Part shown: piece after piece, positions 36,746 through 49,700 of the stretch
How positions within the stretch are numbered: position 1 is the first letter of the stretch
Layout of the letters: the number at the start of each line of letters is the position of its first letter
Assembly (NCBI RefSeq): GCF_030028105.1
Contig: NC_092390.1
Location: 18,016,072-18,080,071 of the forward strand
DNA length: 64,000 bases
Origin: Mobula birostris
Lineage: Eukaryota
Direction: 5' to 3'
The notes under the pieces: generated by a model
Database searches by the model: none
Told to the model about the DNA's origin: nothing
Seen by the model: only the letters and a program-made list of their open reading frames with translations
Position numbers and translations under genes: made by a program

Positions 36746-37800
36746 TAAGTATTCTGAGGTGTATGGACGACAGGGATACGGTGAACACGAAGGTGGCTGA
36801 TCGCTGCTTCATCGGCCCCCCTCCTGCAGTTAGCTCTGCCATGGCACTAATCGCATTCACCCTCTGGGTAAGATTCGGAGAGCTCTCGTGCCTTTTCTTT
36901 CAGCTGTGGCCCTAAGTAGCTGCTTGCGGGCGACAGCGGCCACATCCCGATACCACGCCTAGACAAGCGGGCTAAACCAGGCGAGGAGAACCGGCGGGCC
37001 TCACACCTAGATGAGATAGGGACTTGCCTTTTCTAGCATGTGAAGCCATCGCCGGCGGGCTAGACATGTGAGATCTACTGTGAGATCCAACGGCGAGGGA
37101 AGCAGTTCTGCAACGCTCCGCGGAAGCGAAAGGCTTGACGAGGAATAGGAGCCATGGCCACCCAGTGCAACCTAGAAAGACCCCAGTCTGTGACGACTGC
37201 TGGTACCAGTGGACCCGGATTTCCGAGGTCGAGGGTGTGAAACTGCCCCAGTACAACGGCGTTTCCACTTTAAAAGCTCCCCAGCACTGGTCTCCTGTCG
37301 TCGCTGGATACGACGGACAACAAACTCAGAGCCAATTACAGTGACAATCAATAATACTGGAAATTAAAATGTTCTCATCCTTGTCAAGGGTTTTATTTAT
37401 CCCTTGCGGTGCCCAGCAGTCCAGCAACACCTCCATGGTGCCGGTGGACACCCGTTGTTTCCTCTCCACGATCACCGGGCACGGACATACCCCCGGAACA
37501 CCGCTCCTACGCCGGAGCCACTGGCAACATGGATTGGATCTGTCTACAAGAGGGTCACAGCTGAAGTCCTTGTTTGCATTCACAGTTATAGATCGGTAGT
37601 CTCACATCAGTAGAGGCAGCAGGTCACCAACCCAAAATAGGTGACCTGTCCTCCACAGAGAACGGCTTCTCTGTTGAACGTTCCCAGGGCTGTGCACCGC
37701 GGTGCAGGGGTTTAAATTGGAGGACGTTTCATGCTCAGGCCGGAAACCTTACTTCGCCCACGCTGCGCACAAACTCCATTCGATATCCACGCCGGGTCCG

Positions 37801-37913
37801 TCAAAATAAGTAGACGGTTTGGTAGTTTACCTTGTCCACTGTGCAAGCGTATCGATCAATGAGGATAGAGTCTTCATCAAGTTTATCCTCATAATGATGG
37901 AAGTTTTTCCTGG
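37801..37913 (-). CDS. GGH-like gene, last coding exon
   Basis: (A)RKNFHHYEDKLDEDSILIDRYACTVDKVNYQTVYLF*, aligning to human GGH ARKNNHHF...ALIYQFSP...QQCYIFD. Acceptor ctccacag|, phase 1. Confidence 0.9.
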
Positions 37914-37989
37914 CTGTGGAGAGAGCATAGCAGTAAGAGCTGAACAGGATGAGGGCCTGTGTCGTCACAGTACGGAACGACGACAAAGT

Positions 37990-39500
37990 TCAAGGTAAAT
38001 TTATTATCAAAATACATATACGGTTGCTGTTGAGTGCCATAACCCTGAAACTCATTTTCTTGCATTCACAGTATGACAATAGAAAAATTAAACAACGCAC
38101 ACAAGAGAAACAACCAATTGGCAAAATATGACAAACTGTGCAAATAGAAGATAATAATCATCATCATCATCATAACGATGATGAAATAAGAGCGAAACAT
38201 CAAGACATGCGATGAACAGTCCTTGAAAGTGAGTCCATAGGTTGTGGGAACAGTTCAATGTTGGGGTAAGTTAAGTTAACCCCTCTAGTGCAGGAACCTG
38301 ATGGTTACGGGGTAATAACAGTAAGTGTTCCTAAACCTGGTAGTGCGAGTCTTGAAGCTCCTGATGGCAGCAGCGAGAAGAGAGCGTGACCTGGATGGGC
38401 GGGGTAGGGGTGTCCCTGTCGATGGATGCTGCTTTCCTGCGACCGCGTTCCACGTAGATGTGCTCAATGGCGGAGAGGGTTTTACATGTGGAGGGGCGGG
38501 GGCCGGCGTCTGCTCTACAAATTAGCCATGGACAAACAGCTGGTGAAGTAACTTTGAGCTTTGTGGAGATAACAGGGAGGGTAATGAATATCGAGCGTTC
38601 GGTGAAGCCTACAACGCGTTGGCGAGCGTCCACGTTACGGGCTGAACAGGAGGGCAGAGGAGCCAGAGAAGATAGTAACTGGGGTGAAATTCTCAGTGGG
38701 GGTAAGGACGGTGGAGAGGGGAGCTTCAGTCCAAGGGCCGCGGGTTCAACAGGGCTCGGATCTTGGATCCCTGCGCTTGTGAAGTGTAACAATGATTTGG
38801 ATTTTAATGTAGATACCAGAGTAGAGAAGTTTGTTGATAGTGTCAAGGTGGCGAGGGACGTCGGGCTTCTGTATTGAAGACGGTATACTGGGATGCGTCA
38901 GGGTATAACATGTAAGAGCAGGTGGTCCGTGGTAGAGAATTGTGAAACATTTGTTTTACCACAGTTGCGATACTGTGGTAAAAAATAGACAAACATCGAG
39001 TTCGTAATGCTGCAGCATTATAAAACCCTGGTTATACCACACTTGGAATATTGTGTTCAGTTCTGGTCGCCTCGTTATAGGAAGGATGTGGAAGCTTTAG
39101 AGGAGGCGCAGAGGAAATGTGCCAGGATGCTGCCTGGATCAGAGACTAGGTCTTATGGGGATAGTTTGAGCGAGCTCGGGCCTTTCTCTTTGGAACGAAG
39201 GAGAATTAGAATTGACTTGATAGAAGTGTACAAAATGATAAAGAGAATTAACGATTAGACTTATTCCCAGGGAGGAAATGGCTAACACGGGGGCACAATT
39301 TTAAGAAGATTGGAGCAAAGTATGGGGGCTGTCAGAGGTAAGTTTTCTACACAGAGAGTGGTAGGTGCGTGAAAAGCCCTGCCAGTGGTGGCGGACAGGA
39401 GATATATTAGGGGAATTTAAAAACTCTTTCGCACACTCTGAGATCGATCTCAGAGTAGGATAAGAAGTGGACAAAACATTGTGGGCCGAAGGGCATGTAC
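37990..39500. mobile_element. Rex1 (37990-38480 -) and CR1 (38780-39500 +) fragments in the last intron of the GGH-like gene
   Basis: TRTTRFRNTY...PVTIRFL; LQHYKTLVIPHLEYCVQFWSPRYRKD. Confidence 0.8.
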
Positions 39501-40285
39501 TGTGCACAGATTCACTGGGATGGTGCCTGTGGTGCAGCGTGCCAGTTATGAAGAGAGACTGGAGAGGCTGTTTGTTTTCCTTGGAGCGTAGCAGGCTAGC
39601 GGTGGGTGTGGCGGTGGAGTGGCGGCGAGGGTGCATACAAAATCTGGGCCTCCATTCTTTCTGCCAGAGGGAAACCCGTGAGCGCCGAAGCTGACCTCTC
39701 GCTGCCCCCTTCTTCTTCCTCTTAAGCCCATCACATGGTAGGGCGCCGACAGCAGCTCACCCGTCCTGGGACGGTTTGTCCCCAGGTGTAGCCCCTTTTC
39801 TTTGTGTATCCCCTGGATGAAGTCCCCGGAACCACTGTTAGCGTTTCTGTAGATCTGGGTTTTTTACGGAATGGGTTGCTCTCCTCATGCCCGACCCTCC
39901 CCCTTTCGCAGCCGGACTAGAGACCGTCCATTTCCTACTGGTTACTTCCTGTTTCAGCGAAGGTCTTTGATTCCACCCACTGCTAGTGTGTTTGGTGCCT
40001 CTTGGGATAATTTGTTACTGCTGCAATGTTTGCCTTTCGGAATAGGATAGGCCGAGTGATATTTTCTGCAGCCTGCCTTCAAGTTTCCATTCCGCCTCTG
40101 CGCAGACACTGATGAAGACGCGACTGATCACTGCTGGACGGATGCACAGACCTAAAAGGTGTGTTGAGATTATCTCCAGGCTGGACTCCCTAAAAGGGTG
40201 ATTCCCCCGCCTCTCCTGCCTATTCGCCCTCCTCTCCTACGGGCATCGTGTTAAATTGACTCAGACAGTGTTTCTGAAGACTCAC

Positions 40286-40423
40286 CTTCACTGACGAAGA
40301 ACTCGGCCATTAGGAAGGAAATTCTGACTCCGAGGGGACTGTGTGGAATATCCATTCTCTTCTTCCAGAAGTAGCGGTTACCTTCCGGGTGCCATTGTGT
40401 GCCATAAATTGGATATCGGAACG
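40286..40423 (-). CDS. GGH-like exon carrying the catalytic His-Pro-Glu
   Basis: (A)FRYPIYGTQWHPEGNRYFWKKRMDIPHSPLGVRISFLMAEFFVSE; 138 bp, bounded by ttgcag| and |gtgagt. Confidence 0.93.
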
Positions 40424-40712
40424 CTGCAAGGGAAGAGAGCGGCTCAGTAGTCTACCCTGCGCCCTGGAAGTAATGGCAAGTTGCTTAGGAACCCCTCTGA
40501 ACCAAACCCCGGGGCCTTGCCCACCGTAGCTGGGGATCCCCGGGCTTTATCCACACCACACCACACCACACACCCTCTACCATTCTGAGTTTTGTCCCAG
40601 GCACCGGTCCCCGAGAGCAAGAAACCCCACCTTTCAGTGGGGCGGTGGGGCAGGAGAAGAGGGGCACAGCCCCGATCCGATTACCCCCCCCCACCCCCCA
40701 GCCCCGACCTAC

Positions 40713-40806
40713 CTTCCATCGTCGAGACAAAGGTGACTCTCTGCCGGTCCGTGTTGGTGGAGATGACTCGGTAGAACGAGCTCAACTTCTTATTCGCTTC
40801 GAAGGC
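40713..40806 (-). CDS. GGH-like exon
   Basis: AFEANKKLSSFYRVISTNTDRQRVTFVSTME (human [30 protein letters not shown]); bounded by ttttag| and |gtaggt. Confidence 0.92.
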
Positions 40807-41223
40807 CTAAAATTAACGACCGCGTTAGTCCCTTGGGAGAATAAACCCTCACACGCGCCCCCCCCCGGCCCTCCTCCTCCAGTCTCACACCGCAACTAAA
40901 CGCCGACTGCTCCCCAACAGCAGTCTCCACCCTACCCCCGCTCCCCACCCTCCTCTCCCTCACAATCTCTCCCCAACACCACACCACAACCTTTCCCCGC
41001 CGTCAGCCCCACTGTCACACCTCAATGCCACTCCCCGTACTCACTCCTTATCTCACCCCGGTCCCACCCTCTTCTGCCCGTCCGATCTCCCCCTAACATC
41101 ACCTCCCCCACCCAAACACACATACACATACCGTCAGTCCCACCCCGCTCTCACCACCCTCCTCTTCCCATCCCACCCCTCACGACACCCGAGGTCTCAC
41201 TCACCCGCACCCCAAGCCCTTAC

Positions 41224-41330
41224 CTCCAGGGTGAGGCTGTACTTATGGAAGTTACCGGTCAGTGGTGTCTCTGATAAAACTCGCGTCATCTCTGGGGCGA
41301 AATTCCTAAACATTTTACACGATTTCGCTT
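41224..41330 (-). CDS. GGH-like exon
   Basis: (E)[35 protein letters not shown] (human SRMFQNFP...EPLTANFHKWSLSVK); 107 bp, bounded by tttacag| and |gtaagg. Confidence 0.92.
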
Positions 41331-41427
41331 CTGTAAAGTAACGAGACAGAAATCAATGCTTGGCGAGGTGTTGGTGGGGGGGGGGGGATGGGACAGGAGT
41401 AGGGGTGGGGGAGAACGTAACGGGAGC

Positions 41428-44170
41428 GTGGGTAGAGGGAGGAGGACGGTACAGGAGTGTGAGTGGGGTAGGGGCGGACGGTACAGGAGTGTGGGTGGGG
41501 TAGAGGGAGGAGGACGGTACAGGAGTGTGAGTGGGGTAGGGGAGGAGTGTACAGGAGTGTGAGTGGGGTAGAGGAGGAGGGTACACGAGTGTGAGTGGGG
41601 TATGGAGGAGTGTACAGGAGTGTGAGTGGGGTAGAGGAGGAGTGTACAGGAGTGTGAGTGGGGTAGGGGAGGAGGGTACAGGAGTGTGAGTGGGGTAGGG
41701 GAGGACGGTACAGGAGTGTGAGTGGGGTAGGGGAGGACGGTACAGGAGTGTGAGTGGGTGGTACAGGAGTGTGAGTGGGGTAGAGGGAGGAGGACGGTAC
41801 AGGAGTGTGAGTGGGGTAGGGGCGGACGGTACAGGAGTGTGAGTGGGGTAGGGGCGGACGGTACAGGAGTGTGAGTGGGGTAGGGGAGGACGGTACAGGA
41901 GTGTGAGTGGGTGGTACAGGAGTGTGAGTGGGGTAGAGGGAGGAGGACGGTACAGGAGTGTGAGTGGGGTAGGGGCGGACGGTACAGGAGTGTGAGTGGG
42001 GTAGGGGAGGAGTGTACAGGAGTGTGAGTGGGGTAGGGGAGGAGTGTACAGGAGTGTGAGTGGGGTAGAGGGAGGAGGACGGTACAGGAGTGTGAGTGGG
42101 GTAGGGGCGGACGGTACAGGAGTGTGGGTGGGGTAGAGGGAGGAGGACGGTACAGGAGTGTGAGTGGGGTAGGGGAGGAGTGTACAGGAGTGTGAGTAGG
42201 GTAGGGAGGAGGGTACAAGAGTGTGAGTGGGGTAGGGGAGGACGGTACAGGAGTGTGAGTGGGGTAGGGAGGAGGGTACAGGAGTGTGAGTGGGGTATGG
42301 AGGAGGGTACAGGAGTGTGAGTGGGGTATGGAGGAGGGTACAGGAGTGTGAGTGGGGTAGGGGAGGACGGTACAGGAGTGTGAGTGGGGTAGGGGAGGAG
42401 GGTACAGGAGTGTGAGTGGGGTAGGGGAGGACGGTACACGAGTGTGAGTGGGGTAGGGGAGGACGGTACAGGAGTGTGAGTGGGGTAGGGGAGGAGGGTA
42501 CAGGAGTGTGAGTGGGGTAGGGGAGGACGGTACAGGAGTGTGAGTGGGGTAGGGGAGGAGGGTACAGGAGTGTGAGTGGGGTAGGGGAGGAGGGTACAGG
42601 AGTGTGAGTGGGGTAGGGGAGGAGTGTACAGGAGTGTGAGTGGGGTAGGGAGGAGGGTACAGGAGTGTGAGTGGGGTAGGGGAGGAGTGTACAGGAGTGT
42701 GAGTGGGGTAGGGGAGGAGGGTACAGGAGTGTGAGTGGGGTATGGAGGAGGGTACACGAGTGTGAGTGGGGTAGGGAGGAGTGTACAGGAGTGTGAGTGG
42801 GGTAGGGAGGAGGGTACAGGAGTGTGAGTGGGGTAGGGGAGGAGTGTACAGGAGTGTGAGTGGGGTAGGGGAAGAGTGTACAGGAGTGTGAGTGGGGTAG
42901 GGGAGGAGTGTACAGGAGTGTGAGTGGGGTATGGAGGACGGTACACGAGTGTGAGTGGGGTAGGGAGGAGGGTACAGGAGTGTGAGTGGGGTAGGGGAGG
43001 AGGGTACACGAGTGTGAGTGGGGTAGGGAGGAGGGTACAGGAGTGTGAGTGGGGTAGGGGAGGAGTGTACAGGAGTGTGAGTGGGGTAGGGGAGGAGGGT
43101 ACACGAGTGTGAGTGGGGTAGGGGAGGAGTGTACAGGAGTGTGAGTGGGGTAGGGAGGAGGGTACAGGAGTGTGAGTGGGGTAGGGGAGGAGTGTACAGG
43201 AGTGTGAGTGGGGTAGGGGAGGAGTGTACAGGAGTGTGAGTGGGGTATGGAGGACGGTACACGAGTGTGAGTGGGGTAGGGAGGAGGGTACAGGAGTGTG
43301 AGTGGGGTAGGGGAGGAGTGTACAGGAGTGTGAGTGGGGTAGGGGAGGAGTGTACAGGAGTGTGAGTGGGGTAGGGGAGGAGTGTACAGGAGTGTGAGTG
43401 GGGTAGGGGAGGAGGGTACAGGAGTGTGAGTGGGGTAGGGGAGGAGTGTACAGGAGTGTGAGTGGGGTATGGAGGAGGGTACACGAGTGTGAGTGGGGTA
43501 GGGAGGAGGGTACAGGAGTGTGAGTGGGGTAGGGGAGGAGTGTACAGGAGTGTGAGTGGGGTATGGAGGAGTGTACAGGAGTGTGAGTGGGGTAGGGGAG
43601 GAGGGTACAGGAGTGTGAGTGGGGTAGGGGAGGAGGGTACAGGAGTGTGAGTGGGGTAGGGGAGGAGGGTACACGAGTGTGAGTGGGGTAGGGGAGGAGG
43701 GTACAGGAGTGTGAGTAGGGTAGGGAGGAGGGTACAGGAGTGTGAGTGGGTGGTACAGGAGTGTGAGTAGGGTAGGGAGGAGGGTACAGGAGTGTGAGTG
43801 GGTGGTACAGGAGTGTGAGTAGGGTAGGGAGGAGGGTACAGGAGTGTGAGTGGGTGGTACAGGAGTGTGAGTAGGGTAGGGAGGAGGGTACAGGAGTGTG
43901 AGTGGGTGGTACAGGAGTGTGAGTAGGGTAGGGAGGAGGGTACAGGAGTGTGAGTGGGTGGTACAGGAGTGTGAGTAGGGTAGGGAGGAGGGTACAGGAG
44001 TGTGAGTGGGTGGTACAGGAGTGTGAGTAGGGTAGGGAGGAGGGTACAGGAGTGTGAGTGGGTGGTACAGGAGTGTGAGTAGGGTAGGGAGGAGGGTACA
44101 GGAGTGTGAGTGGGTGGTACAGGAGTGTGAGTAGGGTAGGGAGGAGGGTACAGGAGTGTGAGTGGGGTGA
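41428..44170. repeat. G-rich minisatellite of about 2.7 kb (31-35-bp units, with a distal 52-bp higher-order repeat)
   Basis: Unit gtacaggagtgtgagtggggtaggggaggagg (period 32); 43701-44150 alternates 31-bp and 21-bp units. Confidence 0.98.
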
Positions 44171-45248
44171 CGGAGGATCGTGTAGGTGTGTAGATGTCTT
44201 CCTTGGGTACATTCGAAGTGAGTCTTTGCCTTCGATCTGATGCAGTTCTTTTATCTTTTGTTAATTGGCCTCGGGCGGGGGCTGGACCAGACGAGAGAGA
44301 TGGGATTTAAATTGAAGGCTGCGCAACATGAGATCGCCTTGTAGTTGGGAGATTGACCCTGGGGTAAAAGGGTGGGCGAGAGCAGAGTCCCGGGATGAGT
44401 GATCCATCCTCAATGGAGTGAAGAAGAATGCGGTGAAGATACAAAAGCCTGAAAGCACGCACTACCCGGCTCAAGGTAAGGACAGCTTCTATCCCGCTGT
44501 TATCAGACTATTGAATGGCTCCCGACTATAATAAGGCGGACTCACAGTCTAGCTCGTCATGATCTTGCACTCATTGTCTATCTGCACTGCCCTTTCTCTG
44601 TAACTGCATTCTGCATTGTTATTGATTTGCATTGTTCTCCCTCCATGACACTGTAATGCAAGGATGTGTATGAATAGTATGCAAGGCTATACGGGTGACA
44701 AATTAACAAGTTGCCAATTTGGTTTAATAGTTCTGGGGGAGACCGCTGGAGAAGGATACCAAAGGTGTTGTTCTTCCCCCATGAACCGCTTGATTCTATT
44801 CCCGTGTTCCGGAGGCTTGGGATGGAGGTTTCTGTACTAGGATCTTTGGACCCAGAGACAGTGAGTCCTCTGCCGTTCAGTTTATCCAATGGGTTTTCGG
44901 GGAAGGAACCGGATGGTTTGGAAACTGGCCAGGAAGGTGGATCTGGATATATTAGACTCCAGGGTTAGAGTGGCAACTTTCCTGATGCTGTTTGCTTCGA
45001 GCGATGCCCCTCCCACGACCCCGCCTCCTCGACCACCCCTTCAGCTGCCACGCCCTGCCCATAGCCACACCCCCTCTGTGACGCCTCTCACGCTCGCCAC
45101 GCCCCTCTCTAGACCACGCCTCTTCCATGGCATCTCCTCCTCTCTTGTTCCTCTTCTGTCTTGACCACACTCCTTGGCCACGTCCCGCTGACCTCATCTC
45201 CCCCCCCCCCCCACCCCTCATCCCAGTCCCACTCCGGGCGCTCCCTAC

Positions 45249-45387
45249 CGTCAGTGAAATCCAGCGGCAATGCCATGTTGTCACTGTCCGTCCTGCTGAG
45301 CAGATTCTCGCCCGTAGTGAGTGCCGTCAACAGCTGGTGCCCCAGGCACGTCCCCCACACCGGGAAGTAATCGCCCTGGTCACAGGC
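45249..45387 (-). CDS. GGH-like exon carrying the catalytic nucleophile Cys
   Basis: [46 protein letters not shown]; [12 protein letters not shown] is the GGH signature. 139 bp, bounded by cgcag| and |gtaggg. Confidence 0.95.
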
Positions 45388-46553
45388 CTGCGGCGAACAG
45401 AAGTGTGACAGTCAGCCAGACCCTGCACCCAGCCCGGGGAAGCACTGATCGGTTCCTCATGCTCTGGAGACTGGCTGCTAACCCAGTGAACCCCCATCAC
45501 GGCACCGGGGGGGGGGGGGCACCACTACCCCTTCCGTTACACGCCAGCACCGTAAGCAGACCGAGAAAACGGAACACAAAAAATATAGCCCATCCTCGTT
45601 ATCCCAGCCCCGTCCTCCTTCACACCAGACCCACGTTACTTGTTGAAAAGCCACCTGGGTGACAGTGGGAGAATTTAGGACAAACTGGACCACCAAGGTC
45701 TTCTTCATTCAGGGATTGAATCGGGGTGCGGAGTCAGAAAATTGGGTTCCTCGTCTGGACTGAGTCCTAATACCGGATCCAGAATTTCTCCTCACCTCCA
45801 GATGCTACCCGACCGCCGAAGACTTTGTGGTTTCAGCGGATTGAGCTGTTGCCCCGGAAGTCGTTGGCTTGGTTTTGGGCAGACTGTCGGGTGCACACTG
45901 CTTCCGCAATAATTTCGTTCCCTCAACATTGTGAATCAAGAGCGAGGCTGAGGTCTGAGATGGCCCACACTGATGGGACACTAAACAATCTGGGACCCTT
46001 CCTTGGGTTCATAAGACTATAAGACCGTAAGACATAAGACTGAACTAGGCCATTCGGCTCATCGTGTCTTCTGCACCATTTCATCATTATTAATTTATTA
46101 TCCCTCTCAACTCCATTCTCCTGCCTTCTCCCCGTAACCTTTGACACCCTGATTAATCAAGAACCTGTCAACCTCCGCTTTAAATATCCTCAACGACTTG
46201 GCCACCACAGCTGTCGGTAGCAATGAATTCCATCGCCCTCTGGCTGAAGAATTTCTCCTCGTCTTTATTCCAAATCTATGTCCCTCTATTCGGATGCCGT
46301 GCCCTCTGGTCCTAAACTCCCCGCTAAAGGAAATACATCTACTCTAGATCTTTGAAAATTCGATGGAATTCAATGAGACCACCCCACCCCCCTTCATTCT
46401 TCTAAACTCCAGAGGCATCAAACAGTCCTTATATATTAACCCTTTCATTCCTTCTCTGGTCCCTCCGAAAGGAGCAACATACTCCCTTCCCTCGCTTGCC
46501 CGTGTCTGACACACAACCACAGACACCCACCCCTCCCCCGACTCCTGACTGAC

Positions 46554-46638
46554 CTCCACCGCCAGCCTGTAGAAGATGCCGGCCACCCGGGCGAACTCGG
46601 AGTTCTGGAGATCAACGGCGCCGCCAGGGAATAAGATC
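46554..46638 (-). CDS. GGH-like exon (PGG oxyanion loop)
   Basis: (G)ILFPGGAVDLQNSEFARVAGIFYRLAVE; 85 bp, bounded by ttcctcag| and |gtcagt. Confidence 0.94.
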
Positions 46639-47345
46639 CTGAGGAAGAGGGGATCGTGGGTGTGGCTTCATAACACAGTGGCAGCAGCTCGAATGACAAG
46701 GCCCTGGTGGATAACTCCGGCCGGGACAGACCTGGACGCGGCCCGGCGGTGTGAGGGGTGGGGATCTCAAACAGTAACACCGGCGCATTGGCCAGCTCCG
46801 GTTCAACGGGGCGAAGGCGGGTTGGGAGCACCTTTTCGAAGAGCAGGCAAAGCGGAGGAAAGCTGTCCTCGTGGGAAGGGAACAGTACGGTTGCTGCGGT
46901 GTCCCGGCGACTGCTCCTGGGACGAGTAGAACCTGTGCGCTACGGTCACACAGGTCAAACACTGGAGTTAACAGATGGCCCGGACCCGGGGGAGGGGGGT
47001 GGTGGAGTAACTTCAATTCATAAACGCGAGAGATTTGGCAGTTGCTGGAAATCTTAGGGAACAGTCACAAAATGTTGGAATAACTCAAAAGGTCAGGTAG
47101 TTTCTGTGGAGGGGAGTCGACTTTTCGGGCCGAGACCATTTATTGGGGCTGGTCGGATCGTTGACTGACGGATAGTCTACTGTTCATGATAGGAATACGT
47201 GGAGTTGGACTGATGTCCCAGGACCCACCCAGGTGGCTGGAGCGCCGTGCGGACACAGGGACTAAGAGGGTGGGGTGGGAGCAGAGTTTTCGCGAAGAGC
47301 AGAGATAATAAAAGGAGGAAGGGCGACGGATGGTCTAATACCTAC

Positions 47346-47396
47346 CCATTTATTGAGTAAAATAGTTTTTCATATTCAGATTCACTGAGATACAAT
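47346..47396 (-). CDS. GGH-like exon
   Basis: (R)LYLSESEYEKLFYSIN(G) (human RLDLTEKDYEILFKSING); 51 bp, bounded by cttgcag| and |gtagga. Confidence 0.92.
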
Positions 47397-48237
47397 CTGC
47401 AAGAACAACGAACGACTTTCAGTCACAGCCAGTCAACTTTCAGCCTCAGATCTGCCACATTCTCCCCTTCCTAATTCATCCCAAACTAAACCCTATTTAT
47501 CACCCAATTCTCATCTCCTGGATTAAACAATTTCCAAACTGTTCCCCAACCCAATATCAGTTCCCAAACCCGCCTCTCTCCAAACACGTCCCTCGCTTTC
47601 CCATCGCCTCTTAATCCGACAGAGTTTAGCAATGAAAATCTTCTTGATACGGTGATCAATATAGAGTCGCAGCGGCCAATTTCGACACAATAAGGTCACA
47701 GCTGACCTTACCATCCACCTAAACTGTAACCAAGGCCTTAACTGTCGATCACAACTCTGAACCCAACCACTAGTTATAGTAATGTCAATGACCTACCGCT
47801 TTCACTAACAGGTCACCAGTACCGATTCTCAACCACCAACACCACCTTCTGCCTCTTCGCTGAGTCGTTGCTAAACCTGCTATCAACCAATTCAATGCAG
47901 GGTTTCGAAACGGGAATATTTGGGAGTGGGCGGGCTGAGATTCCACACCGCTCCCCGCTCCACCGCCCACCTCCGTGCTCGCCCCCCTGCCGTTTCATCG
48001 ACGCTCCCTTTCCTCGCCCTCCTACTCACTCATTCTCCCGTTCACTCATTCCTCCTCAGTCTCCTCTCACCCTCAGTCCAGCAGTCCCTCACTCCTGCTC
48101 TTCCATCGCTATCTCACTCCTTCACTCTCTTACTCGCTCCTTTCATCCCCTCGCCCTCCCTCTCATTCCGAGTCTCCTCCACGTCCTCGGCAGGTTTAAG
48201 CCCGTCACTTGAGTGAGCTCTATGGGGTAGGACTCAC

Positions 48238-48349
48238 CTGATCACTGCCACTCTGCATCCGGCCGATTCCAGGTGTTTTACGTTGGAAGAGGTCACGTAC
48301 GTCTGGGCCATCTCGGACAGGTGACCCATTGTCTGCTGGGCCAAGATCC
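48238..48349 (-). CDS. GGH-like exon
   Basis: (G)ILAQQTMGHLSEMAQTYVTSSNVKHLESAGCRVAVI(R) (human GILMQ...YIAASYVKYLESAGARVVPVR); bounded by actgtag| and ag|gtgagt. Confidence 0.92.
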
Positions 48350-49102
48350 CTACAGTAAGAGGAAGCGTGAGAGAGCAAGGGCCAGACGACCAGTATCTCA
48401 AAGGCAAGATTTGTCCTCCTGTCACTGAAGGAGGCTGCAACACAGTCAAAATCCACCTGGCAGACGGACGTTCTCCAGAGAAAGGCACAAATATATCGCC
48501 CAATAACTTGGCTTCTGAGGCGCAAGACATGTTTACTAGGACTGTGCTGGGAGTGACGCTGCGCGGGACGTGTTAATAGTCTATGGCCTTTCGCATGGGA
48601 GGGAGAAAGCGGTTCTGAAGCTGTTTTAATTGATTTGGCACAACCGAAGGGCCTGTTCCTGTGCGGTACTGTTCTATGTTCTTAGTTTGGCTTGGGACGG
48701 ACAAAATGTTTCCTCGTGCAGGGAAGAGTAAAGCCAGGCGCTAGGGTAGCTCTAGAGCAAATCACTGCAGATGCAGGAAATCTGAAATAAAGCAGGAACA
48801 GCTGGAAACACTCAGCAGGTCAGGCAGCGCCAGCGGAGAGAAAAAAAAACCTTTTCAGGATGACGTTCCAACAGCTGGGGAGATGCAAGGATCCACCAGG
48901 ACGGGGGAAGATAACCCCCTCTTGTCGTCAATAGCTGTCCCTCAAAACTTCTTTGTTCAGTGTTCTCGGTGTCCCTGCCCCACGGGACTTGGTGTGACTG
49001 CTGCCTCGAGTAGCCCGCCTACCCCCTCAATACCCACCACACACAGTCCTGGAACAATCGCGTTCGGAACATGAACACAGTTAAAGAGCCAACATCACTC
49101 AC

Positions 49103-49134
49103 CTATTATGGGCCGGTCATTCAGAATTCTTTCC
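49103..49134 (-). CDS. GGH-like 32-bp exon (ERILNDRPII-G)
   Basis: ctccacag|g gaa aga att ctg aat gac cgg ccc ata ata g|gtgagt. NDRPIIG corresponds to human KKPIIG. Reading upstream in frame reaches TGA with no ATG, so this exon must be spliced to an upstream one. Confidence 0.88.
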
Positions 49135-49279
49135 CTGTGGAGATTGAAGAGGGTGATTCTGGCTGTGTGAGTCGATTTTTTGTTTGTTTTATATACAAAG
49201 TTTACTCGATGACTACAATATCAGACAAAAGCACACACACACATATATATATGTATACCTATATAAACACACTACGCAC

Positions 49280-49700
49280 AGCTTCAAATTACTACCTGCA
49301 ACACAACCAAGCCCCAGAGGCCCTCCGCTCCCGGAAATCCTGCACTGTTGCCATGGACACCGCGTGCTCCTTCTCCAGGAAAACCGGGCACAGATGTAAC
49401 CCCGGAAAGGGGGATGGGGAGGGCAGGCAATCAGCCTGAGCAGTCCGGTCGACTGTCCGCCGCCTGGAGCTATGAATGGCCATTTTAGCCGGGTCCAGGA
49501 GCAAGAGGTTCAGGAGATTTCCCGAGCGACCCCACCACCCCACCGTGGCAGTGTCTACAGGTGAGGGGCGTGCGGCTGGTGTAACCGGAATCTGAGAAGC
49601 GGCGAGTTCTCAACACAGCCGGGTGGGTGCTCCTGAAGCACAGGAGCACGGGCGTGGACCTGGCTTCGGCAGGGTCCTCTCCACAGGAGATATTACAACA
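49280..49700 (-). mobile_element. Tx1/L1-type LINE 3' remnant
   Basis: NLLNLLLLDPAKMAIHSSRRR...ADCLP; a homologous remnant lies at 52680-53040 (EYERLLPLSEFLRELRLRFWLRFSPALLI). Confidence 0.65.

Noticed and set aside
41286-44212. Three overlapping 732-965 aa Pro/His/Thr-rich ORFs resembling extensin
   Set aside because: They are translations of the C-rich strand of a minisatellite that lacks stop codons in all frames, and they lie inside a GGH-like intron.
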